Shown here in pieces: positions 29,229-39,748 of a DNA stretch of 64,000 nt; position 1 is the stretch's first letter, and each line of letters opens with the position of its first letter. Under the pieces are notes generated by a model. The model was given only the letters and a program-made list of their open reading frames with translations. It made no database searches and was not told the DNA's origin. The DNA lies in contig OW569380.1 in NCBI GenBank assembly GCA_937625935.1, positions 186,001 through 250,000 of the forward strand. Reading direction: 5' to 3'. The translations under genes were made by a program, and so were the position numbers. This stretch comes from Tetramitus jugosus. Lineage: Eukaryota; Protista; Heterolobosea.

Positions 29229-30152
29229 ATGCATCGTGTTTCTTCACAATTGTGTCGCCCTTCATCTCTCAGGTCATCATTGATCAACAAGAGTACTCCA
29301 TCCACACTCTCCCGCCATTTTTCATTTCTCCGCTCCGATCTCACTGTTTACAGTAACAACAATCACAATATCATCAAAAGAAGAACAATAACTTGTCCAT
29401 GTCATCACTCTCACCATTGTCCACTCGTTCGATCCTACACATCCACCACCACCACCACCACTACTACTACTACTACTTCAAACAACAATAATAATTCAAC
29501 TTCACAAGAACCAATGATTGGTGCAGAGGAAGACCTAGTGATTGTGGATGATGCGACTCCACTCTTTCATCAACATCATGAACATGACATGGAAAATCAA
29601 GTTCAATCATCATCAGTAAGTGCTGCTGAAACAACAACAACTGAAAATGTCATGGCCAACAAAAAATATGCCATTGGAAAAGTGGATCAATACATGGCAG
29701 CAGAGTTCAAGTGTGGAAAATGCAAAACACACAATACACATGTGTTTTTGAAGAAATCGTATGAACAGGGAGAGGTCATTGTGAGATGTCCTGGTTGTAA
29801 ACACTTGCATCTGATGGCCGATAATAAAGGATGGTTCGGTGAAGCGAAAAATGTGGAGGAAATTCTAAAGGCACAAGGAAAACCTGTTCGACGCATGAGC
29901 GCCAACCAAGTTTTGGAGGCGACTACGGGAAGCTCGAAAACAGTTGCGAGTGAAAGTGTTGGCACTGAAGGTCCAGTGTTCAACGCTCAAAATTTGTCAG
30001 TCATACAGGATATGATTGATCGGAGAGTGGCTCGGACCAGAGAGCGCATTGTTGCCGAGGAACAAAAGTTGAAGCGAATTTTGAGTGCTCAAGCAGAAGA
30101 AGATTATGCACCGATTGTTGTGCCCGAATCAACCAAGGCAAATGAACAATAA
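29229..30152 (+). CDS. ZIM17: Mitochondrial DNL-type zinc finger protein (Zim17/Hep1)
   Basis: R/S-rich transit-like N-terminus; FKCGKC..KKSYEQGEVIVRCPGCKHLHLMADNKGWF..NVEEIL. Confidence 0.9.
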   Translation: MHRVSSQLCRPSSLRSSLINKSTPSTLSRHFSFLRSDLTVYSNNNHNIIKRRTITCPCHHSHHCPLVRSYTSTTTTTTTTTTTSNNNNNSTSQEPMIGAEEDLVIVDDATPLFHQHHEHDMENQVQSSSVSAAETTTTENVMANKKYAIGKVDQYMAAEFKCGKCKTHNTHVFLKKSYEQGEVIVRCPGCKHLHLMADNKGWFGEAKNVEEILKAQGKPVRRMSANQVLEATTGSSKTVASESVGTEGPVFNAQNLSVIQDMIDRRVARTRERIVAEEQKLKRILSAQAEEDYAPIVVPESTKANEQ

Positions 30153-30311
30153 AACAATACTGCAGCTCTAATAACCTAGATTATCCTAGTGTTGTCTTTA
30201 TAGATGAATATAAATTGGGAATCCTAATCCACAAGCGCTTACTTTGCTCGGTCGTTCTTGTGCGGTCACTTTCGTGTTGGTTGAGCTCGTATTGGCTTTG
30301 TGGTTGACCGC

Positions 30312-33209
30312 TTAGAGCAAATAGATGGCGAATCTTGTCTTGGGTTCGATTGGGAACTCGTCAAAGCAATCGTCCTCCAAAAATCCAACGTGTAGCTCTC
30401 TGCCCCACTTGTCCTGTTCGACCATGGTTAGATGAGAGATTCTCTTGGATTCAGATATCATATTCTGATCACAAAACTTGTTCAAAATCTCCTCTGCTAC
30501 TCTCAGTAGCTCCGAGTGTGTTGACTGAGAGTCGACACTTTGTCTGAATGATGTGACAAGATCGGTTTGCTCGCTGGTATTATTGTTGGATAAGCTCTTG
30601 TCTCTAATTTCAAAGAGCGCCAAAACAGACTCGCCATTTCTAGGTGCTTGTTGCTGTTGTCCTGTTGAAGATTGACCAGAGGATCTTCTTGATCTCTTGC
30701 TCTGTGGTTCCTCATCAGACAAGTTTTGTGCGTCAGGTGTACCAGATGTTCTGCGCTTCTTGCTTGCAGAATCAGAAGTCTTCAACATACCATTTCTCTT
30801 CTTAAAGTTCCTAAGCTTTCTATAACATGCGGGACAGACATGACCACTGTTGGTGTCATTCTTGACATCAGGGCACATGGCCTTATACTCATCTGCATTA
30901 CTGGCATACAGATAATTGAACTGTGGATGGAGACGCAGCTTGCACAGAACACACTTCTCTCCGGCCTTTGCAGGATCTGAATCAACAGAGCTATTCGAGC
31001 TGGCCTTTGTCATCGAGACGGCATCAGCAGGATTATTATTGAGTTCGACATTGTTGCCAACATTGCCTGAGACACGACGCTCTGTAGCTCCATCCATAGG
31101 AAGAGGAGTAGATGGAGTGCTCACATTGTTTGTTGCTTCTCGTTCGCTGCTAGAACCAGCAAAAACAACAACAGAAGCAGCAGTAGGTGTAACTGGAGTA
31201 GTAGAAACAGAATGAGATGGTGGCACAAAATCCTTCTCATTGCCTCCTAAAGAGGACCTAGATGAGTCAATGAGTACGGTAGAAGCCGAGGAAGGGTGTT
31301 CAAAGTGATGAGCAATGGATGTAGTGGTGTTGGCACTCATGGCCAATGGAACAGCAGAGAAGGGAGTACGAGGAGAGAGTGTCGTCGGTGTGCTGCATGG
31401 ACTAATCGTTTCATTGCCATTCTCCATTTTGGACTGTCTCATCTTGAAGCACTTTCTGTAGCAACCGTGACAGACCATGCTATCTTCGCTAATCTCAGTC
31501 ACATCTGGATACAGCTTCTGATAATCAGCGGCATAGCTCGAGTACTTGTATGTATGTTTGCCCTGTTTCGAACAGCAGACACAAGTTGAGATATTGTTTG
31601 TCTTTTCTTCGGATTTAACAATGGATGGAGAATCACCTGCCAGCATCATTACCGTACCATCTGGACCAGCAACTACCATACCATTTCCAGGAGAAGCAGT
31701 ACCCGGATGACCAAAGCCTATGCTACCAGTGGAGATTGGAGTACCAGGAGCACTACCAATCATACTAGTGCCGTTCACGCCAGCAGTTGCAGCACACACA
31801 CCCATCATCAATTGACCTTCCTTCAACTTCTTGTTATGCAACTTTTTAATGTTCATATTGTTCTTCTTTCTGTACGCATAGCACTTTGCATAGCACGATG
31901 CACACAAAATACCATCTTCAATCGAATGATCACCAAAACACAATCGATACACTTCCAATATGGAACCTGTTGTGTAATTTCTCTGGAAACTGACGCCATC
32001 GGAGCCTTTTCGATGACAGACGACACAAGATGGATCTCCCTTGAGCCAATTCTTCTTCCGAGGTGGTCTCTTGTCACCCAAATGGTGAATTCCACCAACC
32101 ATTGTATGAATACCACTGTGACCACTGTGACTACCACCGACTCCAACTGCAGAACCAGCTCCCATATGAGAACCAAGCATCATCATGAGACCCGAGTGAG
32201 AAGCCGATGCGGGAGACACTGGAGAGTACTGATCTTCCATGTCGTCCATCATCATCATTCCATCGTCCATCATTTCATCTTCTTCTTCTTCATCATCATT
32301 TTCATCGTCATTTTCATCAAATCTGCTGTCACTGCTGCTGTTGCTATTGTGATTGACACTGGTTGGTGTCATCATTTCTCCTGATGATAAATGTCTATGC
32401 TGTTGAAGATGAGGATGACTATTGTTGTCATACATGTACGGTGGAGACGAAGATGTGGCCGATAATGGATAATGTGCATGAGAATGCTGTTGTTGCTGGT
32501 GATGATGATGATGGTGATAATGACCATATTGGTGATGACCAACATGTTGCTGATGTTGTTCACTATGTGTTATCTGATTATGATAATGAGTACCATGTTG
32601 TTGTTGTTGTTGCTGTTGCTGTGATGATGATGATGGAGATCCTTTGTCATCCGATGAAACACCCACTACTGTCGGAGTAATAACCGTCGATGGTGCGGCA
32701 TCAACAGCGGTAGGAGTAATGGTAGAAACAGGTCCTTCTGACTCTGCACTTGCATGTGGTTGATGTGGTTGTTGTTGTTGTTGTTGAGAAAAGTGTTGTT
32801 GATAACGATGATAGTGACGCTTGAGTGGTGGAATAGATAGCATGGGAGGTGCAGAGTGATTTCCTTGAGAATAGTGCAACCGATTGATAATGCCCATGCC
32901 TTGTTGATGATGTGAATGTGGTGAATGTGAGTGGTAGTTGTTGTTGTTTTCATCTGTTGGTGTAGTAGTTGTTGAGCTATCCTCAATTTTGGAATGTTCA
33001 CTCACTATTGAGGTGTTGTCGAGTTCTTGTTGTGGTGAAGTACCAACATGATGATGATGATGTAGTTGTTTAGCTGCTATTGAGTTTGTTTCGCTGGAAA
33101 CAACAAGTGTAGCTTCACATGGAGTAGAGCTACTATCATTGTTACTCAACTGATCAGAAGTGGCAAAATGTGCTTGCGGTTGTTCTGAATTTTCAACGTT
33201 GTTGGTCAT
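30312..33209 (-). CDS. Low-complexity (H/Q/S) nuclear protein with three CxxC...CxxCY repeats; putative transcription factor
   Basis: CVVC..LCASCYAK, CVCC..VCHGCYRK, CVLC..VCPACYRK, each followed by a basic patch; NLS-like KKRR. Confidence 0.75.
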   Translation of the reverse strand: MTNNVENSEQPQAHFATSDQLSNNDSSSTPCEATLVVSSETNSIAAKQLHHHHHVGTSPQQELDNTSIVSEHSKIEDSSTTTTPTDENNNNYHSHSPHSHHQQGMGIINRLHYSQGNHSAPPMLSIPPLKRHYHRYQQHFSQQQQQQPHQPHASAESEGPVSTITPTAVDAAPSTVITPTVVGVSSDDKGSPSSSSQQQQQQQQHGTHYHNQITHSEQHQQHVGHHQYGHYHHHHHHQQQQHSHAHYPLSATSSSPPYMYDNNSHPHLQQHRHLSSGEMMTPTSVNHNSNSSSDSRFDENDDENDDEEEEDEMMDDGMMMMDDMEDQYSPVSPASASHSGLMMMLGSHMGAGSAVGVGGSHSGHSGIHTMVGGIHHLGDKRPPRKKNWLKGDPSCVVCHRKGSDGVSFQRNYTTGSILEVYRLCFGDHSIEDGILCASCYAKCYAYRKKNNMNIKKLHNKKLKEGQLMMGVCAATAGVNGTSMIGSAPGTPISTGSIGFGHPGTASPGNGMVVAGPDGTVMMLAGDSPSIVKSEEKTNNISTCVCCSKQGKHTYKYSSYAADYQKLYPDVTEISEDSMVCHGCYRKCFKMRQSKMENGNETISPCSTPTTLSPRTPFSAVPLAMSANTTTSIAHHFEHPSSASTVLIDSSRSSLGGNEKDFVPPSHSVSTTPVTPTAASVVVFAGSSSEREATNNVSTPSTPLPMDGATERRVSGNVGNNVELNNNPADAVSMTKASSNSSVDSDPAKAGEKCVLCKLRLHPQFNYLYASNADEYKAMCPDVKNDTNSGHVCPACYRKLRNFKKRNGMLKTSDSASKKRRTSGTPDAQNLSDEEPQSKRSRRSSGQSSTGQQQQAPRNGESVLALFEIRDKSLSNNNTSEQTDLVTSFRQSVDSQSTHSELLRVAEEILNKFCDQNMISESKRISHLTMVEQDKWGRELHVGFLEDDCFDEFPIEPKTRFAIYLL

Positions 33210-33798
33210 GAAATAATTTGTGCTTGTTGTGGACAGACAAAAAATGTTTTAAGCTTATGTGTGTTGTTCTTGTTTGGGTGAAGATGAAGGGTTGAAAGCT
33301 CGTATGACAGTACACAACTGAGAAGAAAGTTGTCGGTTGTGTTGGTTAGGTTATGGCTGTTGTTTTGTTTTTTGAGCTAAAGGGTGTGTCCTCAGAGAGG
33401 TAGGTAGGTGGATATGTTCTGCGCAACAATATTGAAGCTGAGAAAATTGGGTGTGTGTGAAAAAGCACAACCAATGGTTTTGCTTCAAGCTAAGCCACCC
33501 AGAAATTGCCGCCAAGAAACACAAAATGGCCGACACAGGAAGAATGGACACTTCGAGGTGTGTCAAATTGGATGTCCTAGAGCAAACAGGGTCCCCCCTG
33601 CGGTGGTCGCAATCTCTCTTCTGAATTCTAATAGGTCCAGTACATAACAAGTATTGCTGTGATACTCCCCTATTTCCAAGAGAACAAACTAACTACACAA
33701 CTAGCTAACATAAATACAAAGCTTCTTCATTACTATAATAATTCGAATTTTACAAAATGATGAGAATGAACTTTCTTTTTCCAAACAAAAAACACTTC

Positions 33799-34230
33799 CT
33801 ACTTTGGCGACGCAATCAAAAACTTTTGCAAACCATAAGCAGCAGCAAAAATGATAGCAGGCACCAAAATGTACTTGATCAAACCAGCACTTCCTGATGC
33901 ATTCTTGGCCGTCTCCGAATCAGTGCTTGAGCTTGATGATGCAGAGCTTGACTTTTTGAGTCCTGCAGCATCATCAGGATGAAGCTCACCAATTGCATAT
34001 TCCAACATGGTCTCACGTGCCTCCTTGGAATGACCTACACTGTTGAAGCTATCAGTTCCATCAGCTCCTGCGTGTTCCAACAGGATCTCATCACCTCCTG
34101 GATGTTGGAACTTGTAATTTGTAATGTCAATGATTTTTCCGTCGATTAACGTCCATTGTTCTTCATGATCAATGTCGTGTAACTCAAGTTCTGCCTTGGT
34201 AATGTATCTGACTGACTTTTCTTCTGCCAT
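33799..34230 (-). CDS. Cytochrome b5, tail-anchored
   Basis: HPGGDEILLEHAGADGTDSFNSVGHS heme-binding motif; C-terminal TM helix; ATG at 34230. Confidence 0.93.
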   Translation of the reverse strand: MAEEKSVRYITKAELELHDIDHEEQWTLIDGKIIDITNYKFQHPGGDEILLEHAGADGTDSFNSVGHSKEARETMLEYAIGELHPDDAAGLKKSSSASSSSSTDSETAKNASGSAGLIKYILVPAIIFAAAYGLQKFLIASPK

Positions 34231-34483
34231 TGTTGTTTTTTTCCGTGTGTTGTTGTTGTTGTTGTGTGATTTTGTTTTGTTTTCTTTTTTCTCGTGTGTG
34301 GAAACGAAGAAGAAGAGACGGAGGACTGGCGGAACAACCAATTGCCTGAATCCACAAAAATCAAGCCGAGGCGGGATTTCGGATGCACCTCGCTGGAGGC
34401 TGGAATCTGCGTACCAAAGGACAGCGTGATACACTCAAGGCGAGGATGCGAGATTACGTTAATGGTATATTGATTTTATTCAT

Positions 34484-36574
34484 TTAGTAGACTCCTTCAA
34501 GGATCAATTTCTTTTCTTCAATGGCTGCAGTTCTGTATGACAAGCCACATGCGATACTGTTCCAGAGAATGACAACCAACATGATAGCTGCGTTGACTGA
34601 GAAAGCAGTGTAGAAAATGGCAACGAATCCCTTTCTGACATTCATGTTTTCTTGTTCGCAATCCACTTGCCACAAACCACTGTGAGCAGTTCTAAACTTC
34701 AATGCCTTCACCTTCTTTGTTGGAGGAGCAGTGGTTGGAGCGTCGAAAATGCATCCAAGCAAGTAATCTTCACGAATCTTGTATCTCTCAGTGTCGATTG
34801 GAACCTTCAAGAGAGCACGCTTGATCAAGGTGACAGTGTTACTTCCAGAGTATCCAACACGGAGGTTGTACAATTGATTGTGTTGGTCAACATTCATCAA
34901 ATCTTCCATGGATGGAGCACCAGTGTTGTTTTGAGAAGGCAACTCAATCAAGAACAATCTTCCATCGGCAGCATATGGAGAGTCATATCTGACAATGCTT
35001 CCACCCAAAGTAATAGTGGATCCAACAACGAGGGTATTGAGAGAGAATGCACCAGCATAGGCAACAAATCTTTGGTTGGCATTAAAGTTCTTTGGTGTAC
35101 CAGGGAGTTGGTAGGTCTTGGCAACACCGGAGATTGTGTCAACCATGGAGACGAATGGAACTTGAGCTTCAGAGATGATACCGTTGAAGGCAAAGTTGTC
35201 AGAGTTACCAGTGACCAAAACATGGGACTCCTTAACGTCCATTGAAGTGGCAAAAGCAGTCTTCAATGTGAGTTGAATGGACAAGTTCTCAACGAGGATC
35301 ACCTTTCCAGTAGTGATGTCAATCTTGATGAACAAGACTGCGTCTTCTTGAGACTCGGAGAAGGCAACTTCAACATCATGAACAGCCTTAAATGCAGCAA
35401 TCTGTCTCTTGTTCAATGTGGCAACAGCAAAAACGCTCTCTCCATCAGTGCTCAACTCGATTCTAGCACCCAAATTGTTATTCTCAATAAAGTTGAACTC
35501 ATCGGATGAGTCGACTCTTGGGATCAAAATGGTCTTGAAGACAACATCACGCGACACAACAGTGTGTCCTTGAGATTTAACATTGTATCTGACCAACTTT
35601 GTGCTTCCCTGAGTGGTCACCAATGCGACATATTGAGTGGCAAATGATGGCGAGGCCTTGGCACGAGCATCAATGGATGCAACAGAGATGACTCTGAGAC
35701 GAACAGTGTTGTCTTGACTAGCTTGAGCAACACTTCTAATATCGGTCAAGTTGACCATGCTTTGTTCGAAACCAGTTGGTTGATCACCCAGAACAACACC
35801 ATTCTCATTGTAAATCTTTTCTTCACCTTGATTGAATGGATAGGTAAACTTGTGAACACCAAAAGTACCATTCAAATTCTTGATTGTCTCTGTTTGAGAA
35901 TCAAAGAACATGAAGAGAACGTGAGCGTATCCAGTGTGCTCTCCACAAGGCTTCAAAACAGAAGAGGCAGTATAGCCAGCAATCACATGAACCAGTGAAG
36001 AAGAAGCAGCAGCATCAGAAGAAGCATCAACAGACAAATCAACTGCATTTTCAGTCTTCAAAATCTTCGAGTTGATAAAGTGAGTATTGTCCTCTTCGTC
36101 ATTGACATCTTGCACATCACTCACAGAGTCACCATTCGCATTGGCCAACAAATCATACTCGACATTGACCACGTTGGAGATGGACCAAACCAATGGATAA
36201 GTTTTTGGTCCTTCTTCAGCAGCCATTGTTGACAATAGAGTGTCAGTGATAATGTTGGTGGAGGTTGCTTTTGATCCCATATCGACACGCAACACTCGAG
36301 TGTTTCTTGGCTTCAACTCCAATGATGTCATGTCCATTGTTTGAATGTGAAGTATTTGAAGGTTTGTGCTCTGATAAACGGCACCACTTGGTGCAATCAC
36401 TGGTTGTAAATCTCCAAGGTATTGTTGATAAAAACTTTCTGCACGGAATTGAGCGACAGCATTGAGAGCTTTGCATTGTCCATTGCTTTTGGCGTTGGTG
36501 ATGTGTGCAAGGACAAACAAAATGGCGAGTAACAACAGTGTCGTCACTTGCTTTTGCTGTTGTTGTTGACTCAT
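34484..36574 (-). CDS. Type I membrane/surface protein of unknown function
   Basis: Signal peptide, beta-rich ectodomain, C-terminal TM segment; strongly biased codon use. Confidence 0.8.
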   Translation of the reverse strand: MSQQQQQKQVTTLLLLAILFVLAHITNAKSNGQCKALNAVAQFRAESFYQQYLGDLQPVIAPSGAVYQSTNLQILHIQTMDMTSLELKPRNTRVLRVDMGSKATSTNIITDTLLSTMAAEEGPKTYPLVWSISNVVNVEYDLLANANGDSVSDVQDVNDEEDNTHFINSKILKTENAVDLSVDASSDAAASSSLVHVIAGYTASSVLKPCGEHTGYAHVLFMFFDSQTETIKNLNGTFGVHKFTYPFNQGEEKIYNENGVVLGDQPTGFEQSMVNLTDIRSVAQASQDNTVRLRVISVASIDARAKASPSFATQYVALVTTQGSTKLVRYNVKSQGHTVVSRDVVFKTILIPRVDSSDEFNFIENNNLGARIELSTDGESVFAVATLNKRQIAAFKAVHDVEVAFSESQEDAVLFIKIDITTGKVILVENLSIQLTLKTAFATSMDVKESHVLVTGNSDNFAFNGIISEAQVPFVSMVDTISGVAKTYQLPGTPKNFNANQRFVAYAGAFSLNTLVVGSTITLGGSIVRYDSPYAADGRLFLIELPSQNNTGAPSMEDLMNVDQHNQLYNLRVGYSGSNTVTLIKRALLKVPIDTERYKIREDYLLGCIFDAPTTAPPTKKVKALKFRTAHSGLWQVDCEQENMNVRKGFVAIFYTAFSVNAAIMLVVILWNSIACGLSYRTAAIEEKKLILEGVY

Positions 36575-36817
36575 TTTTTTTTCACAATTTGCTGTTGTAC
36601 TTGTTTTTTGAGTCGAAATCGTTGTTATTGTTGGATGGAAAAAGCTTTCTGTTTCGCAGTTTTGTTTGTGATGATACTCCGAGTTGGTGTGTGAAAGGGA
36701 GAGGCGCGTGTTGGAAACACGTCAAGCGCTTTAAAGTTTCGCGCTTTATACATGGCGCATTTACAATAGTTGTGTATCATAATCCTAGAGTCTTATCTAT
36801 GTACACACATAAATTGT

Positions 36818-39193
36818 CTATTGCTGCTCCATGGACCAGTTGAACTGATCCATGTGAATACTTAAATCTCTCTCGCAACATAGCTTCAGAGTGGGATTGA
36901 TCAGTGCGAGTGACATCCCACAAAACAAGTAGAATTGCCACAGGCAAGGTACCTGCTTGAGTGTATCACAATCTTGAAAGGCCATTCGAAGTTCCTTGCG
37001 TCTGTATTCTCTACCCGATGGAAACTTGATTCCTTGCAGGGCGTACTCGAGTCTCTCCTTTAAAATCTGGAAAACAAAGGAACCAAAGTTGCCATGCTCC
37101 TGGAAGTAGTCCATTGTTTCATTTTTGTCAATCAATAAATGTTCATAGAAGCTTCTAAAGTCTTTAAAGAAGTAGAAGCTACCCTCCATCATTTGAGTCG
37201 GGTCAATGAACAATTGAGCTGTCTGAGCATTGGTAACACTTAGAATGAACGAGAAGGCTTCATCAAATCTCAACTTCATAATATCCAAGATACTCACTCG
37301 TTGTACTCTTGGCAGTTCATACACTCTATGAAGATCTTTCAGACAAGGACAAGCTCGCATCTCTAAATTGAGAGTCAGTAGATTAGGGCACATGGATGAA
37401 AGCGAATCGTAGAATCGAGCATATCCTCTCTGTGTTGATGGAACAATATGATCTGACTCCATATTGGACAATTTCAGATGCTTCAAGTTGGGAGAAGCCG
37501 AAAACAGAGTGATAAAGAATGCGCAAGTGAGAGCAGAGTCTTGAACCTCGAGATCAACAATCTTTGTTCGCCTTGTTTCCTGTGGTATCGGAGGAAGTTT
37601 GAGTGCCTTTGAACTATTTGATTCACAGAACACATAGGCAAACTTTAAGATTTCTAGATTGGGTAGTGAGAAGATGAGCGATGTGAGCTTCTTTGTCTTT
37701 GCAAAGCTAACATTCTCCAGAAACAGCACCTTGAGTGAGCTCCATACGAATGGGGGACGCTTCAAATAGTTGTCCATCTTTTCATTGATGCCAAACACTA
37801 CTGCCTTTTCCAAATTTGGACTACATCCCTGAAACTGCGAACACACGCTGAATGGCAAGTTGGACGTACTAACTTGTTTCAAATTAGGGTACTGCTTACC
37901 AGGGAAGAACTGAAAAGCTTTCTTCAGTGGGAAACGATTCCGTGACAAGTCTTCGTAATATTGAGGCACATTCAATGACAATATCTGAAGTGACTTCGTA
38001 CAATTGTTCACAATATTCGTGATCAGTGGTGTCATCATTGGCTCCACATTGTGCAATCGAAGTACTTGCAAGTGACACATATTCAACGCCTCAATCGTCT
38101 GATTTGACGAAGAAGAGTCTTGCAGAGCCTCATCATACATATTCATCCACTGCAGAGGATCCATCAACGATGGTTCAAATCGCAGAGACAACTCTCTCAG
38201 CGACGAAGACTGAGGCATTCTTGCAATTCTCTGCAACAGAGCTTGGTTGCAAATGCCGCGACAGCTCTGTAAATTCATCGAGTTCCACTGTGGCTTTGAC
38301 GTGTAGAGCTCAAAAAACTCATCCAACAACAGTTCGTCCATGCCCAACAGCGACAAATTACAGAGTTTCGGTTGCGCAAAAATCAATTTTGCCGTATCGA
38401 GATTGGCGCAGTTCTGAGTTGCAAATTGCACCGTTTCCAACTGAGGACACTTCCTCAGTATAGCTCCTAGCACTTGATTCGACAATTGGACCGTTCCAAA
38501 ATGAACGTGCACCCATCGCAACGAAACACAATGATCCAAATTGCTCCATTCATTGTCCCACAACGTACCTTTGACAAATTCTTCACTCAATGCTACATCA
38601 AGATCATACACCTCTAATTGACTCAGTGAGACATTGACCACATTTTGATTAGAGAACAAGAGAGAGGCCAATTGTGAGAGCTGAATGCGAGTAGAGCTCA
38701 ACTCTAAAACAGTCAAGTTTTCAGAGTGATAAAACGCACGATACAATTGAAAGTTGTGTCTCTTGATTTGCACGTGATTCAGAGCTCGCATAATTCCACT
38801 CAAGGGAATCTGCTCCATTGTGCGATCAATCACAAAGACGCGATTGCGCCAAGTGAGCTCACTGTGCACAATAGAGTGCGTCATGCGATTCACCGCCGTA
38901 AAACTCTCCAACAAAAAGCGCTGATCCAAATAGCTCAAAATTTTTTCAAAGAGCTCAATCGGAAGTTGAAGGAACAGCGGAGAAACTTCCTCACATTGAA
39001 ATGAGGTGTTACTGCTTTCATCATCAACAACAATCATCAATGGACTCGTTGTGCTGAGAATGCTACTTGTTTCATCGTCATTGCTTTGATGAGATTTTTG
39101 TCGTTTGCTCGGTGGAGAAGAGTGATGACGAAGAGGTGAAGAGGAGGATGAAGATGAGGAAGGAGAAGAAGAGACGGATTGCCTTCGCTTCAT
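36818..39193 (-). CDS. F-box/LRR protein
   Basis: FLQLPIELFEKILSYL F-box followed by degenerate LRRs (CPQLETV, LPNLEIL, CPNLLTLNL). Confidence 0.85.
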   Translation of the reverse strand: MKRRQSVSSSPSSSSSSSSPLRHHSSPPSKRQKSHQSNDDETSSILSTTSPLMIVVDDESSNTSFQCEEVSPLFLQLPIELFEKILSYLDQRFLLESFTAVNRMTHSIVHSELTWRNRVFVIDRTMEQIPLSGIMRALNHVQIKRHNFQLYRAFYHSENLTVLELSSTRIQLSQLASLLFSNQNVVNVSLSQLEVYDLDVALSEEFVKGTLWDNEWSNLDHCVSLRWVHVHFGTVQLSNQVLGAILRKCPQLETVQFATQNCANLDTAKLIFAQPKLCNLSLLGMDELLLDEFFELYTSKPQWNSMNLQSCRGICNQALLQRIARMPQSSSLRELSLRFEPSLMDPLQWMNMYDEALQDSSSSNQTIEALNMCHLQVLRLHNVEPMMTPLITNIVNNCTKSLQILSLNVPQYYEDLSRNRFPLKKAFQFFPGKQYPNLKQVSTSNLPFSVCSQFQGCSPNLEKAVVFGINEKMDNYLKRPPFVWSSLKVLFLENVSFAKTKKLTSLIFSLPNLEILKFAYVFCESNSSKALKLPPIPQETRRTKIVDLEVQDSALTCAFFITLFSASPNLKHLKLSNMESDHIVPSTQRGYARFYDSLSSMCPNLLTLNLEMRACPCLKDLHRVYELPRVQRVSILDIMKLRFDEAFSFILSVTNAQTAQLFIDPTQMMEGSFYFFKDFRSFYEHLLIDKNETMDYFQEHGNFGSFVFQILKERLEYALQGIKFPSGREYRRKELRMAFQDCDTLKQVPCLWQFYLFCGMSLALINPTLKLCCERDLSIHMDQFNWSMEQQ

Positions 39194-39748
39194 GGAAAAT
39201 TCGTTTGACTTTGGTTTGTTTTCGCAAGTGAAGAGTATCCAGAAAAAATGTTATTGATGTTTTTGATTGAAGTTGTTGTTGAGGAGGAAGCGGTGCGCGA
39301 AGATAGCTCGGGAATTTTAGCGAGGGATTCCCTTTTGATGGAATCAAAAATACAGCAGAGATATTGGTCACCATTCGACCAGTGATGGACATGAAAAGGT
39401 GTGCTTAAGGGTTGAGTGAAGGACATGAGATGAATGAAAATCCTAGGGAAACGGGAGGCTGGATAACTGTAGGTTGTGTCGAATTCTTCTGTCCTCGACT
39501 GCACGAAGCGGCAAGGAATTATGTAATTTGATTGGATTATCCCATTGACCTAAAACAGCTGGAGAATTTCATTCGAACGACGTTAATAATACATTCGCTT
39601 TTATCCAGTCTTGTACTCATCGAGTGAATGCTAGCTTTGTGAGTCGCTTCAAGTACAGAACATTCTTCTTCGTTACTCTCATCACTTGCGCGACTGCTCT
39701 TTCGCTTGTTTCATCACCAAAAGCTTTCCTTTTGAACTCATTCAGCTC

